DNA from: an uncultured Chloroflexia bacterium
GTDB taxonomy: Bacteria; Chloroflexota; Limnocylindria; Limnocylindrales; CSP1-4
Reading direction: 5' to 3'
DNA: 64,000 nucleotides
Assembly: GCA_963768655.1 (NCBI GenBank)
Contig: CAVYIM010000007.1
Span: 83,965-147,964 of the forward strand
Made by a program: the position numbers and the translations under genes. Positions 8,305 to 17,304 of this stretch are shown in pieces. The notes under the pieces were generated by a model that worked only from the letters and a program-made list of their open reading frames with translations, was not told where the DNA came from and ran no database searches. The stretch's first letter is position 1. Each line of letters starts with the position of its first letter.

Positions 8305-9932
8305 CCCGCCTGGCGTCTTTGCGCGCGCTGAGCGGCCTGCGGACCCCCCTCCTCAGCGCGTCCGTCGCGGCCGTCATGATCGTGGCGTCGGTCGTCTCCG
8401 GAGCCAGAGATTCATCGAACACCACTCTCGAGCTCATGGGTTTCGATCCGGATCGCGCCGAGCTGATCAGCTCGCTGCTGATAGGGGGAGTAGCCGCGGC
8501 CGCAGCCACCTTCGCCACCGGGAGAGGCGGCCAGGCGACGCTGCTGGGCCTCGGTGGTTTCGTCGCTCTGTTCGGCCACACCTTTCTTCGCGAGACCGGC
8601 GATGCCCTGGCATCGCCCGCATTCGAAGGCTACTTCGATCTCAGCGGCTGGCTCTTGACCCTGCTGACCCTGCTGACTGTCGGCCTGATCTCGGGCTGGA
8701 TCGGGGCCGTGCTTGCTCTGTCGCTTCGCCCGGGGTTGATCGAGGCCGGCTCTGCCGTGCGCGACGCCATCGCGAGCCGGCAACTCGACCGTCGTCGGCT
8801 GCGACTGCCTCTCGCCGCGGCCCTTGTGCTGGTCCTGTTGATCATCACCGTGCCGGTCTTCGGTGACATGGTCAACTACACGCCCGATGCGAGAATGCTT
8901 GACGGCGGACCCCCGGCGGCGGGACTCGTTCCGGGTGGGCAGGTCGACTCCCCGACGCCAACGGCCAGCTCGCCCCAGCCGACGGGGACCGGCCTGGGTT
9001 CGACGCCACAGCCGACGGGGACCGGCCTGGGTTCGACGCCACAGCCGACGGGGACCGGCCTGGGTTCGACGCCACAGCCAACTCCCTCGCCGGTCGACCC
9101 GCAGCCATGGTTGGCCTGGTTGCCATCGGGCGGCGGCTCGGTCACGTGGCCGGCTATGCGGGCTCCCTGGACGGGTGGCCCGATTACGAACGACGTGGCC
9201 ATCTACACGCCACCGGGGTACGAGCGAGGAGGTAGCCGGCGCTATCCCGTCCTATACGAGACGCCCTTCGGATACGGCAGCTGGGATTCGGCCATCAACA
9301 TCAGGGGGATTCTTGACGCACTGATCGACAAGGGGGCGATTCCGCCGATGATCGTCGTCTTCGTGAACTCGGGCGACGGGCCGTATCCCGACACAGAGTG
9401 CGCCAACTCGGTCGACGGCGCGGAGTGGATGGATACGTTCATCAGTCAGACGCTTGTGTCGTACGTCGACACGCACTACTCGACAATCGCCCAGGCTAGC
9501 GCACGAGCCATAACCGGCTTCTCGCAGGGCGGCTACTGCGCCGCCATCCTGGCGCTCCGCCATCCGACCGTTTTCGGTACCGCCATCCCGATGTCAGGTT
9601 ACTACTGGGCAGGAGCGGCCGGCTCCAATTCGAGGCTTCCATTCGGCGGGAACGCCGCTGCCTTGAGGGCCGCCTCGCCAATGGTCGTCGCTACCGAGCT
9701 GCCAGCGGCGGAGCGTGCTTCGCTCTTCTTCATCGTGGGTGCCGAGGCCAGCCAGCCCTTCTACGGTCCCCAGGCCACCGCGTTTGAGAACCTGCTGGCC
9801 GCCCAGGGCTACTCCTACGTGGTGCAAGACGCCAACGTTAAGCACGGCTGGGTTCAGGCGCGGCACCTGTTCCCAGGTGCAGTGGAGGCTTGGGCCGCGC
9901 ATATGGTCGCTGCCGGGGTGTTCGCGTCGTAG
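8301..9932 (+). CDS. membrane-anchored alpha/beta-hydrolase ('putative esterase' fold), paralog 2
   Basis: ATG at 8301 overlaps the upstream stop. The listed 7755 start would lie entirely inside the MprF-like gene. The architecture matches paralog 1: LMGFDPDRAELISSLL, TM block, PT linker, YTPPGYERGGSRRYPVLYE, GFSQGGYCA. Confidence 0.7.
   Translation: MTRLASLRALSGLRTPLLSASVAAVMIVASVVSGARDSSNTTLELMGFDPDRAELISSLLIGGVAAAAATFATGRGGQATLLGLGGFVALFGHTFLRETGDALASPAFEGYFDLSGWLLTLLTLLTVGLISGWIGAVLALSLRPGLIEAGSAVRDAIASRQLDRRRLRLPLAAALVLVLLIITVPVFGDMVNYTPDARMLDGGPPAAGLVPGGQVDSPTPTASSPQPTGTGLGSTPQPTGTGLGSTPQPTGTGLGSTPQPTPSPVDPQPWLAWLPSGGGSVTWPAMRAPWTGGPITNDVAIYTPPGYERGGSRRYPVLYETPFGYGSWDSAINIRGILDALIDKGAIPPMIVVFVNSGDGPYPDTECANSVDGAEWMDTFISQTLVSYVDTHYSTIAQASARAITGFSQGGYCAAILALRHPTVFGTAIPMSGYYWAGAAGSNSRLPFGGNAAALRAASPMVVATELPAAERASLFFIVGAEASQPFYGPQATAFENLLAAQGYSYVVQDANVKHGWVQARHLFPGAVEAWAAHMVAAGVFAS
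8973..9079. repeat. in-frame 33-bp tandem repeat, ~3.2 copies (PQPTGTGLGST x3)
   Basis: Unit ccacagccgacggggaccggcctgggttcgacg lies at 8973-9005 (1 mismatch), 9006-9038 and 9039-9071, with a partial copy at 9072-9079. It sits in the linker of esterase paralog 2. Confidence 0.9.
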
Positions 9933-10178
9933 GTCGACCACGGCGCGATGCGGGTCCACATTCAAGCTGAAGCCGGCACGATCCAGCGATCGTGGCGATC
10001 GTCGTGGCGGCGACCAGCCACCCGGCTTGGGTCGGTGCCGATGCGCCTAGCCATGCCCCGCCTGCGTGGGTAGGATGAACTCGCTTGTCGGCGATCGGGT
10101 ATTGGCCCTCGCAACGAGCGACGGATCCGGAACATGGAGGCCTCGACTGTGTCCGGTAGCGAGAGGGAGCTTGGTTCG

Positions 10179-12794
10179 ATGAAGTCACCCGTGTCAATTG
10201 CGGTCGGCTCCCGTCGGGCCTCACCGAGTCCGCGCCGACCATTCGCGCGGCTCTTGGTCCTCGCTCCGGCGGCGCTCCTGCTGTCGGGGCTTTCTACGGT
10301 CCCGGCCGGTCCGCCAGCAAGACCTGCCGTGGCGGCAGCACCCGCGGCAACGCCAGCGACGACGGTGGTACAGCCGCACTCCGTCGTCGCCAGCGGTGAC
10401 TGGCCTCAGTTCCACAACGATGCTACCCACGACGGCTACAACAGCGCCGAGACGACTCTCTCTGCGTCGGATGTCGCCGGCTTGGGCGTGGCCTGGACCG
10501 GTACGACCGGGAGCCCGATCACGTCGTCGCCGGCGGTCTCGAACGGCGTTGTCTATGTCGGTTCCCTCGACGACAAGCTCTACGCCTACGCGGTCGGCTG
10601 TAACAAGGATGGCGGGTCGTGCGCACCGCTCTGGACGGCCACCACCGGCGGCCTGGTCGTGTCCTCGCCGGCGGTCTCGAACGGCGTCGTCTATGTCGGT
10701 TCCTACGATGACAAACTCTATGCGTACGCTGTCGGCTGCGGCGGGTCCTGCACGCCGGTCTGGACCGCAACGACCGGGGGCAGCATCAACTCCTCGCCTG
10801 CCGTGACAGACGGCGTCGTGTACGTCGGGTCATGGGACGGCAAGCTGTATGCGTACGCGGTCGGTTGCGCGAGCGGTGGCGACATCTGCACGCCGCTCTG
10901 GACGGCGACTACAGACGGCCGCATCGCCTCGTCGCCCGTGGTTTCGAACGGCGTAGTCTACGTCGGCTCGGAGGACGGCAGACTCTACGCGTACGCGGTC
11001 GATTGTGCCAGTGGTGGCGGATCGTGCGCGCCGCTGTGGACCGCGACGATCGACGCCCCCTTCAGTTTCGGGATCGCTTCCTCGCCCGCTGTCTCGAACG
11101 GCGTCGTCTACATCGGCTCCTACCGTGGCCAGCTGCATGCCTTCGCGGTCGGCTGTGCCTCCGACGGCGGGTCCTGCACGCCCCTTTGGTCGAGCGCCGG
11201 GATTGGCCGTGTCGTCTCATCGCCCGCGGTGGCCAATGGCATCGTCTACGTTGGTTCCCGCGACGGCAAGCTGTATGCGTACGCGGTGGGCTGCGCCAGC
11301 GGTGGTGGGACTTGCTCCCCGCTCTGGACGGGCCTCACCGGCGCCCCGGTCGATTCCTCCCCTGCGGTCGCTAACGGCGTCGTCTACGTCGGCTCCACCA
11401 ATGGCGATGCCAAGTTGTATGCGTACGCGACCGGCTGTGCGAGCGGAGGCGGGGCGTGCACGCCGCTCTGGACGGCCGCGACCGGTGCCGGCATCGAATC
11501 ATCGCCGGCTGTCTCAAACGGTGTCGTCTACGTCGGGTCCGGCGACAAGGATCTCTATGCGTACGGTTTGACCTACCCCGCCGCCACCTATACGCCCATC
11601 AGCCCGCGTCGCGTTCTCGACTCCCGGCCCACCGGGTCGGGTCACACCAACATCGGTCTGGCGGGTAAGTTCACCGCGGGTACCGTCCGTAAGTTCACCG
11701 TCGCCGGAGCGGAGTATGTCGGGGGTGGGAGCGCTGCGGCCATCCCGACCAATGCCGTGGCGGTGACAGGCAACCTCACGGTCGTGGGTGAGACCGCGCC
11801 AGGCGTCATCGATCTGGGACCGACCGTGACCGCGACCGGGTCGACCGCCACTCTGGACTTTGCCAAGGGCGACATCCGGGCCAACAACGTGACGATCGGT
11901 CTGGCCCCCGATGGCTCACTGGAGGCCGTCTATCGCAGCAGCACCGCCGCTGCCACTACCGATCTCATCTTCGATGTCACAGGCTACTTTGTCCCCGGCA
12001 GCGGTGGTGCTACCTATCACAGCTTGGCTCCGGGTCGAGTCCTCGATACCAGACCGTCCGGTGGTGGAGTGACCCACATCGGCGGCCTGTCCAAGCTGTC
12101 CAACAGGACCGTCAAGAGCTTCCCGGTGGCCGGCGTGAAGGCCCTGGGCTGGTCATCCGCCCTCGTACCCTCTAGCGCCACCGGCGTGACCGGCAACCTG
12201 ACCGTGACCGGGGCCACGAGTGCCGGCTTTGTCTCTCTAGGTCCGACCATGACAAGCTCACCCTCCACCTCTAGCGTCAACGTCACGGCCGGCTCGACCG
12301 TGGCCAACGGGGTCAGCGTAGCCCTGTCGTTCGGGAGGCTAGCGGCCGTCTGGGATGGCACCGCAGGCTCATCGGCCAATGTCATCTTCGATGTCACGGG
12401 CTACTTCACGGCTGGCTCGGGTGGTCTGTCCTACTACGCCATCGCACCGGTCCGGGTTCTCGACTCCTCCAAGTCCATCGGTCTGTCCGGTACCTTCGCC
12501 AGCGGCACGGCGAGACTCTTCACCATCGGCGGTACTGGCGGTGTCCCAACTGGTGCCGCCGGTATCAGCGGCAACCTGACCGTGCTCAACCCATCATCCG
12601 CGGGCTGGGCTCTCGTATCACCTGAGATCGTCGCCACGCCGACCACCTCTACCCTCAACGTCGCCTCCGGACACAGTGAGGCCAACGGCTTCGACGTCGC
12701 TCTCGGAGCCTCGGGTCACGTCGCTCTCGAGTGGGCCGGCACTACCGGCTCCAGCGCCAACATCGCTCTCGATATCACCGGCTACTGGAAGTAG
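10179..12794 (+). CDS. secreted 8-bladed PQQ-like beta-propeller protein with three C-terminal ~130-aa repeats of an unassigned domain
   Basis: ATG at 10179 has GGGAG 9 nt upstream, and a signal-like segment FARLLVLAPAALLLSGLSTVPA follows. There are eight repeats of SSPAVSNGVVYVGSxDxKLYAYAVGC(x3-5)C.PLWTA. Three modules then follow, each starting Y(x)4P.RVLD(S/T) and ending (F/L)D(V/I)TGY(F/W). Confidence 0.75.
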   Translation: MKSPVSIAVGSRRASPSPRRPFARLLVLAPAALLLSGLSTVPAGPPARPAVAAAPAATPATTVVQPHSVVASGDWPQFHNDATHDGYNSAETTLSASDVAGLGVAWTGTTGSPITSSPAVSNGVVYVGSLDDKLYAYAVGCNKDGGSCAPLWTATTGGLVVSSPAVSNGVVYVGSYDDKLYAYAVGCGGSCTPVWTATTGGSINSSPAVTDGVVYVGSWDGKLYAYAVGCASGGDICTPLWTATTDGRIASSPVVSNGVVYVGSEDGRLYAYAVDCASGGGSCAPLWTATIDAPFSFGIASSPAVSNGVVYIGSYRGQLHAFAVGCASDGGSCTPLWSSAGIGRVVSSPAVANGIVYVGSRDGKLYAYAVGCASGGGTCSPLWTGLTGAPVDSSPAVANGVVYVGSTNGDAKLYAYATGCASGGGACTPLWTAATGAGIESSPAVSNGVVYVGSGDKDLYAYGLTYPAATYTPISPRRVLDSRPTGSGHTNIGLAGKFTAGTVRKFTVAGAEYVGGGSAAAIPTNAVAVTGNLTVVGETAPGVIDLGPTVTATGSTATLDFAKGDIRANNVTIGLAPDGSLEAVYRSSTAAATTDLIFDVTGYFVPGSGGATYHSLAPGRVLDTRPSGGGVTHIGGLSKLSNRTVKSFPVAGVKALGWSSALVPSSATGVTGNLTVTGATSAGFVSLGPTMTSSPSTSSVNVTAGSTVANGVSVALSFGRLAAVWDGTAGSSANVIFDVTGYFTAGSGGLSYYAIAPVRVLDSSKSIGLSGTFASGTARLFTIGGTGGVPTGAAGISGNLTVLNPSSAGWALVSPEIVATPTTSTLNVASGHSEANGFDVALGASGHVALEWAGTTGSSANIALDITGYWK

Positions 12795-12994
12795 GGAGCA
12801 GGAGCACGGGCTGAGGGCACGAACAGGTCATCGTGCGTGTCATCGTGCGCGTGACCGAAATGGCCGATGAGCCTGCGCTCGGCGCGGCCGCGGCATCCGC
12901 CGGAAGCTCCCGTCAGCGGGACGGTCTACGACACTGCAGGGCGGTCATTCCGGCCGTTCGAGCACGGACGCCGGGTTGCTCGGCGAGCTTCAAT

Positions 12995-13930
12995 TCAGCG
13001 GCATCTTCGAAGCCGGCTCGAAATCAGCAGATCACGGGTCCGCGCCACGGTCCAAGGCGACCAGGATGGGTCGGTCAGGGTTCGGACGAACATCCAGCCG
13101 AGTCGCCCTCGATCCGCGACGCCCGCCTCTGGCTCGAAGTCACCAACGATGAGGAACCGCCCGCCCGGGACGAGGGCATCGCGGACAACGCGGAAGACCG
13201 CCTCTGAGTAGACCGCTACGTTGCATTGGAGCACGCTATCGAAGCAACCCGGAAGTGGGTCTCTCGTGAAGTCGGCGGCATGGAAACCTACCCGGTTGCT
13301 GAGGCCGGCCTCACCAACGATCTCCCGACCGCTGACGCAGACGTTGGCGATGTCCACGACGGTCACGCTCAGGTCCGGCCAGCGGCGAGCCAGGGCAATC
13401 GCGACCACGCCTGATCCGCCACCGAGATCCATCAGACGCCGGACGCCCGACAGATCGAGAGTGGCGGCCACTCTGTCGGCCTGATCCTGGTGGACCTCCA
13501 GGAGCATCCGCGTGTAGCGCCGAGCCCGGTCCGGGTCCGCTGCCATCCGCTCCACGTATCCTCCGGCCGCAATTGGCGCGTCCGGAGCTCGCAGCGAAGC
13601 GGGCAGGTCAATCATGGCCTCGAAGCGCTCGCGGGCCTCTTCGGCCAAGAAGCGCCATGTTTCGGGACTGTAGCCGCCGATGACGGAGTCCCGGGCAAGC
13701 TGCGAAGGACGCCACGACGCTCTCGACTCATCCACGAACCCGACCGAATGAAGAAAATCGAGCCACGCGGCACAGCGCGCTCTGGGGATTCCGAGGGCCT
13801 CGCCGACCGCCGTGGTGTCGAGAGGCTCCGACTCGAGCAGCCAGAAGAGCCCTAGCTCCAGAGCAGCCCCGAGCGCCGCGCCAACGAGCGGTTGGTCGAG
13901 CAGAGCAAGAACCTCATCAGTCGACGCCAC
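12995..13930 (-). CDS. class I SAM-dependent methyltransferase (O-methyltransferase family 2-like, with N-terminal winged-helix/dimerisation region)
   Basis: SAM motif I is LMDLGGGSGVVAIALARRWPDLSVTVVD, with downstream HAADFTRDPLP and VRDALVPGGRFLIV. The GTG start is preceded by GGGGAGG. Confidence 0.7.
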   Translation of the reverse strand: MASTDEVLALLDQPLVGAALGAALELGLFWLLESEPLDTTAVGEALGIPRARCAAWLDFLHSVGFVDESRASWRPSQLARDSVIGGYSPETWRFLAEEARERFEAMIDLPASLRAPDAPIAAGGYVERMAADPDRARRYTRMLLEVHQDQADRVAATLDLSGVRRLMDLGGGSGVVAIALARRWPDLSVTVVDIANVCVSGREIVGEAGLSNRVGFHAADFTRDPLPGCFDSVLQCNVAVYSEAVFRVVRDALVPGGRFLIVGDFEPEAGVADRGRLGWMFVRTLTDPSWSPWTVARTRDLLISSRLRRCR

Positions 13931-14035
13931 GACGACCTCCCCGGCACATGCTATCGCCCGAGAAGCGCCCTCGATGCAGCCATCGTGTTGCCGCCGTTCG
14001 ACGCCGGCGCGTCAGTGGTTCTTGGCTCCGCGCGA

Positions 14036-15184
14036 TCACCCGCCGGCCGCGACTCCCCGGGCCAGGAGCTCGTCGTAGCGCACAGGATCCACGTTCCCCC
14101 CGCTCAGGATGGACACCACGCGCCCGCTCGCCGGCAGTTCGTCCTCGTGGAACAGCCAGGCGGCGAGGGTAGTGGCGCCGGACGGTTCTAGTACCAGCCG
14201 CGCTTCCCGCGACGCGCGGACCATGGCCCGGGCGATCTCATCCTCGGTCACGGTTACGATGCCGTCGAGATAGTGGCGCAGCAGCTCGAACGGTATGCGC
14301 CCGATGTGGGTAGTCCGCTGGCCGTCGGCGATCGTCCGTCCGACCATGTCCGCCGGCCAGATCACAATTCGGCCCTGCTCGAGCGAGTCACGGGCGTCCG
14401 CGGCCAGAGCCGGTTCGACGCCGACCACGACGGCGTCCGGCCGAAGCGACTTCACCGCTACGGCCACGCCGCTGGCGATCCCGCCTCCGCCAACCGGGAC
14501 CAGCACGGTGAATGGTGCCGGTTCGGTCCGGCGGCCCCTCGGAGTCGTGGGTTTGCGCTCGTCGAGGGAGGCGAGCTGCTCGACGATCTCGAGTCCGATG
14601 GTTCCCTGGCCGGTGATCGTGGCCGCGTCGTCGTACGGCGCGACCAGCGACAGACCGTCGACCCGCGCCAGTTCGGCGGCCCGCTCCGCACGCTCCTCAC
14701 TCGATGGACCCACGAAGACGATCTCGGCGCCGTCCTCTTGGACACGCTCGACCTTGATCCGTGGCGCATCCGAGGGCATCACGATCACTGCGCGGACCCC
14801 GAGGAGTCGAGCGGCGCGCGCCACGCCTTGGGCGTGGTTGCCGCTCGAGTGCGCCACAACGCCGGCGGCGCGGCGTTCCGCCGACAGCGCGGCGATGTTG
14901 TAGTAGGCGCCACGCAGCTTGAACGCGCCGATCGGCTGGAGAGACTCCGGTTTCAGCCAAGCGCGGGTGCGCCCAAGTGGGTCGCCGTCCTCGGGCCGCC
15001 CGAAGGGCAGCAGCGGCGTGCGCACGACTACGCCCCGGATCACTTCGGCGGCGCCGCGGATGGCGGCCAGGGTGACCAGCGCCGCCTCGTCGAGCCGTGC
15101 GTCCGATCGAGGGTCCGGGATTGGTGAGACGGTCGGCGGCTCCGGCGCCACGGGCGGGAGCTGAGTCGGTCTTCGTGGAGGCAT
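14036..15184 (-). CDS. PLP-dependent threonine/serine dehydratase (threonine ammonia-lyase-like)
   Basis: The PLP-lysine motif is LQPIGAFKLRGAYYNI. Other motifs are SSGNHAQGVARAA and the Gly-rich PLP phosphate loop VPVGGGGIASGVA. It has a ~35-aa Pro-rich N-terminal extension relative to typical members. Confidence 0.75.
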   Translation of the reverse strand: MPPRRPTQLPPVAPEPPTVSPIPDPRSDARLDEAALVTLAAIRGAAEVIRGVVVRTPLLPFGRPEDGDPLGRTRAWLKPESLQPIGAFKLRGAYYNIAALSAERRAAGVVAHSSGNHAQGVARAARLLGVRAVIVMPSDAPRIKVERVQEDGAEIVFVGPSSEERAERAAELARVDGLSLVAPYDDAATITGQGTIGLEIVEQLASLDERKPTTPRGRRTEPAPFTVLVPVGGGGIASGVAVAVKSLRPDAVVVGVEPALAADARDSLEQGRIVIWPADMVGRTIADGQRTTHIGRIPFELLRHYLDGIVTVTEDEIARAMVRASREARLVLEPSGATTLAAWLFHEDELPASGRVVSILSGGNVDPVRYDELLARGVAAGG

Positions 15185-15455
15185 GTCCAGGCCACTATAG
15201 TGCCGGCAACCCTCTCGACCGCCGCCAGCCGGCCCTCGGGAAGCCGATCGAGCGAAGTAGCGGCGCTCCAGAAGCAGCCTCGCCTCGTGGCCTCAGCCCC
15301 GCGCCACTCGACCAGCCGGCACGTCAATCGCAGTTCGTCTGTTTCAGCCCATACTTGGCCAGTCCCGGGTCGAACGACAGCCGCGTGGGATGAGACAGAC
15401 TGGCACCGACCTTCACCTCGGGTTACGTAGCGGATCAGGACAGGAGCGGTCTCCA

Positions 15456-15563
15456 ATGACACTCGCCATCCTCGGCGTGCCAACCCACATCGCACTCATC
15501 GCGGTGGTCATCATCGTGGTCGTCGTGGCGGCGGCATGGTGGTTGATCGACCGTCGCAAGTAG
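15456..15563 (+). CDS. candidate 35-aa single-TM peptide (below the ORF-track length cutoff)
   Basis: atgacactcgcc...cgtcgcaagtag translates to MTLAILGVPTHIALIAVVIIVVVVAAAWWLIDRRK. AGGAG at 15442-15446 lies 9 nt upstream of the ATG. It sits in a 735-bp region that otherwise has no annotation. Confidence 0.3.
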   Translation: MTLAILGVPTHIALIAVVIIVVVVAAAWWLIDRRK

Positions 15564-15918
15564 GTCACGCCGAGCGTTGTGCCGATCGCTCCGAGCCGGG
15601 CTACCTCGATCGACCATTTGTGCCCGCCGTCACGGACGGCAAGACCGGTGCGATCCGCTTCTTCGGCCGTGTGGTCGATCCGTCCTCTTGGCGGACCCCG
15701 TCGCTATTCAGCCAGAGCGGCCATCGAAGCTACTGCCGAGTGCCAGAGTGCGAGCCCTGCCCAACTTCCGGCTGGTGACTGGCCGATCGCGCCTGGCGCA
15801 GCTCACGAGCAGGACGCTGGAGCCAGGTCGGTTCGGTACAATCGTCGAGTCACGGCGACGGTGCCCTTGAGCCCCGGGGTCGACAGGCTCGAACATAACG
15901 AGCGGGAAGGGGACCGCA

Positions 15919-17091
15919 ATGAAGAGGAAGTCGGGCCAGGACCAGTTGGACCGCAAGTCCCCATCCGACCCAGCCAGCACCCCGGGGTCCGCAGAGCACC
16001 CGTCCCTCGGTCTCGAGCTGGAAGGGCTTCCGAATCGGCGCGGGCCCGTCCGCCGTGGCCTTTCCGGGCCGCCGGCGATGATCGCCCTGGTGGCTGTCGT
16101 CGCCCTGGCCGCGGCGGCGTTGGGCCTGCCGTTTGTCCTGTCTCACTCTGGTGATGCGCCCGTCCCGAGCGCGCGCGCAGCCATGTCCGCTGCCCCGACG
16201 ACGGGCGTGCCGACCACGGTCGCCGACGATGCCAGCTTCCCAGTGGCCGGCCCCACCGACACGCCGACCGCGCTGCCCAGCGACACGCCGACCGCGCTGC
16301 CCAGCGACACGCCGACGGCGGACCCCACCTCGGCTCCTGGCGGAGGCGGCGGCGGCTGGTGGAAAGCCATAACGGTTGATGCGCAGAGCCAGGCCTACGG
16401 CGGGGATCAGGCGGACTGGGTCGAGGTGATCACCCCGAAGCCAACGCAATGCACGCTGATGGTCTACTTCAGCGGCGATCTCCGGGGCAGTTACGGCGGC
16501 TTTGGCACTCCGAGCAGTCAACCGCGCTACCGTACCTACGGGATCGCGGACGACTTCTCGGGGACCCTCTATGTGGAGGTGACTTGCTGGAGCGATGGCC
16601 TGATAGGCGCCGCGCACACGTGGAGGCTCCCGGTAACCGTGAGCCCCGGGCCCAGACCAGCCCCGTCTTCTCCCCCTGCATGGACGCTGACCGCTTCTGC
16701 CTCCAATGCCAAGCCCGGCGGATGGGTGAAGTTCGAGTTCACCGCGAGCGTCGACGCCATCTGTAATGTGAGCTACGTCCTATCGGATCTAAGCGCTGGC
16801 AGCGGGACCCAGGTGGATGCGAGCGCCGGCAAGGTGACCTCGGACGATATGTACATCTCTCCCGGCGTCGCGCCCGGCCACGGTGAGTTCACCCTAACCT
16901 GCACCGATATGGACGGTAACTCCAAGACGGCGACCGGAACATTCGAGGTACTGTCCGCGTCGGCGACACCGACACCGTCCCTTGGTCCGACGGCCCCGAC
17001 GACCGAGGCTCCGACGGAGGCGCCGACTGCGAAATCGACGGCTCGTCCGACCGAGGCTCCGACTGCCGGTCAGACACCGACACAGTCCTGA
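15919..17091 (+). CDS. hypothetical membrane-anchored/secreted protein with PT-rich repeats and two Cys-containing beta-rich modules
   Basis: ATG is preceded by GGAAGGGGA. There is a TM/signal anchor MIALVAVVALAAAALGLPFVL, DTPTALPS repeats, and a Pro/Thr/Ala-rich C-terminal tail. No family recognised. Confidence 0.55.
   Translation: MKRKSGQDQLDRKSPSDPASTPGSAEHPSLGLELEGLPNRRGPVRRGLSGPPAMIALVAVVALAAAALGLPFVLSHSGDAPVPSARAAMSAAPTTGVPTTVADDASFPVAGPTDTPTALPSDTPTALPSDTPTADPTSAPGGGGGGWWKAITVDAQSQAYGGDQADWVEVITPKPTQCTLMVYFSGDLRGSYGGFGTPSSQPRYRTYGIADDFSGTLYVEVTCWSDGLIGAAHTWRLPVTVSPGPRPAPSSPPAWTLTASASNAKPGGWVKFEFTASVDAICNVSYVLSDLSAGSGTQVDASAGKVTSDDMYISPGVAPGHGEFTLTCTDMDGNSKTATGTFEVLSASATPTPSLGPTAPTTEAPTEAPTAKSTARPTEAPTAGQTPTQS
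16258..16317. repeat. in-frame 24-bp tandem repeat, ~2.5 copies (DTPTALPS)
   Basis: gacacgccgaccgcgctgcccagc occurs at 16258-16281 and 16282-16305. A partial third copy starts at 16306. Confidence 0.85.
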
Positions 17092-17304
17092 ACACGACCG
17101 AGAAGACAGGACCAGAGACCGGGCTCGGGCTCGCCGAGATCGATGGTGTCAGCGTGTTGAGTGAGCACCGCTCGTTTGTTCGGCGGTCAGCCGGCAGCCG
17201 GCACTCCGATCCAAGACCAAGCGTTCCGGGCAGTGGATCCTCGACCTGCGACCGTTGACTGTCGCGTATGATAATCCGGTGGTCGGTTTATTATTGGAGG
17301 ATCG

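Noticed and set aside
10500-11570. Periodic DNA repeats as a possible CRISPR array or other non-coding array
   Set aside because: The ~135-140-bp periodicity is the in-frame blade repeat of the PQQ-like propeller gene. There are no spacer-like unique units. The other tandem repeats (8973-9079, 16258-16317, 59590-59652) are also in-frame coding repeats.
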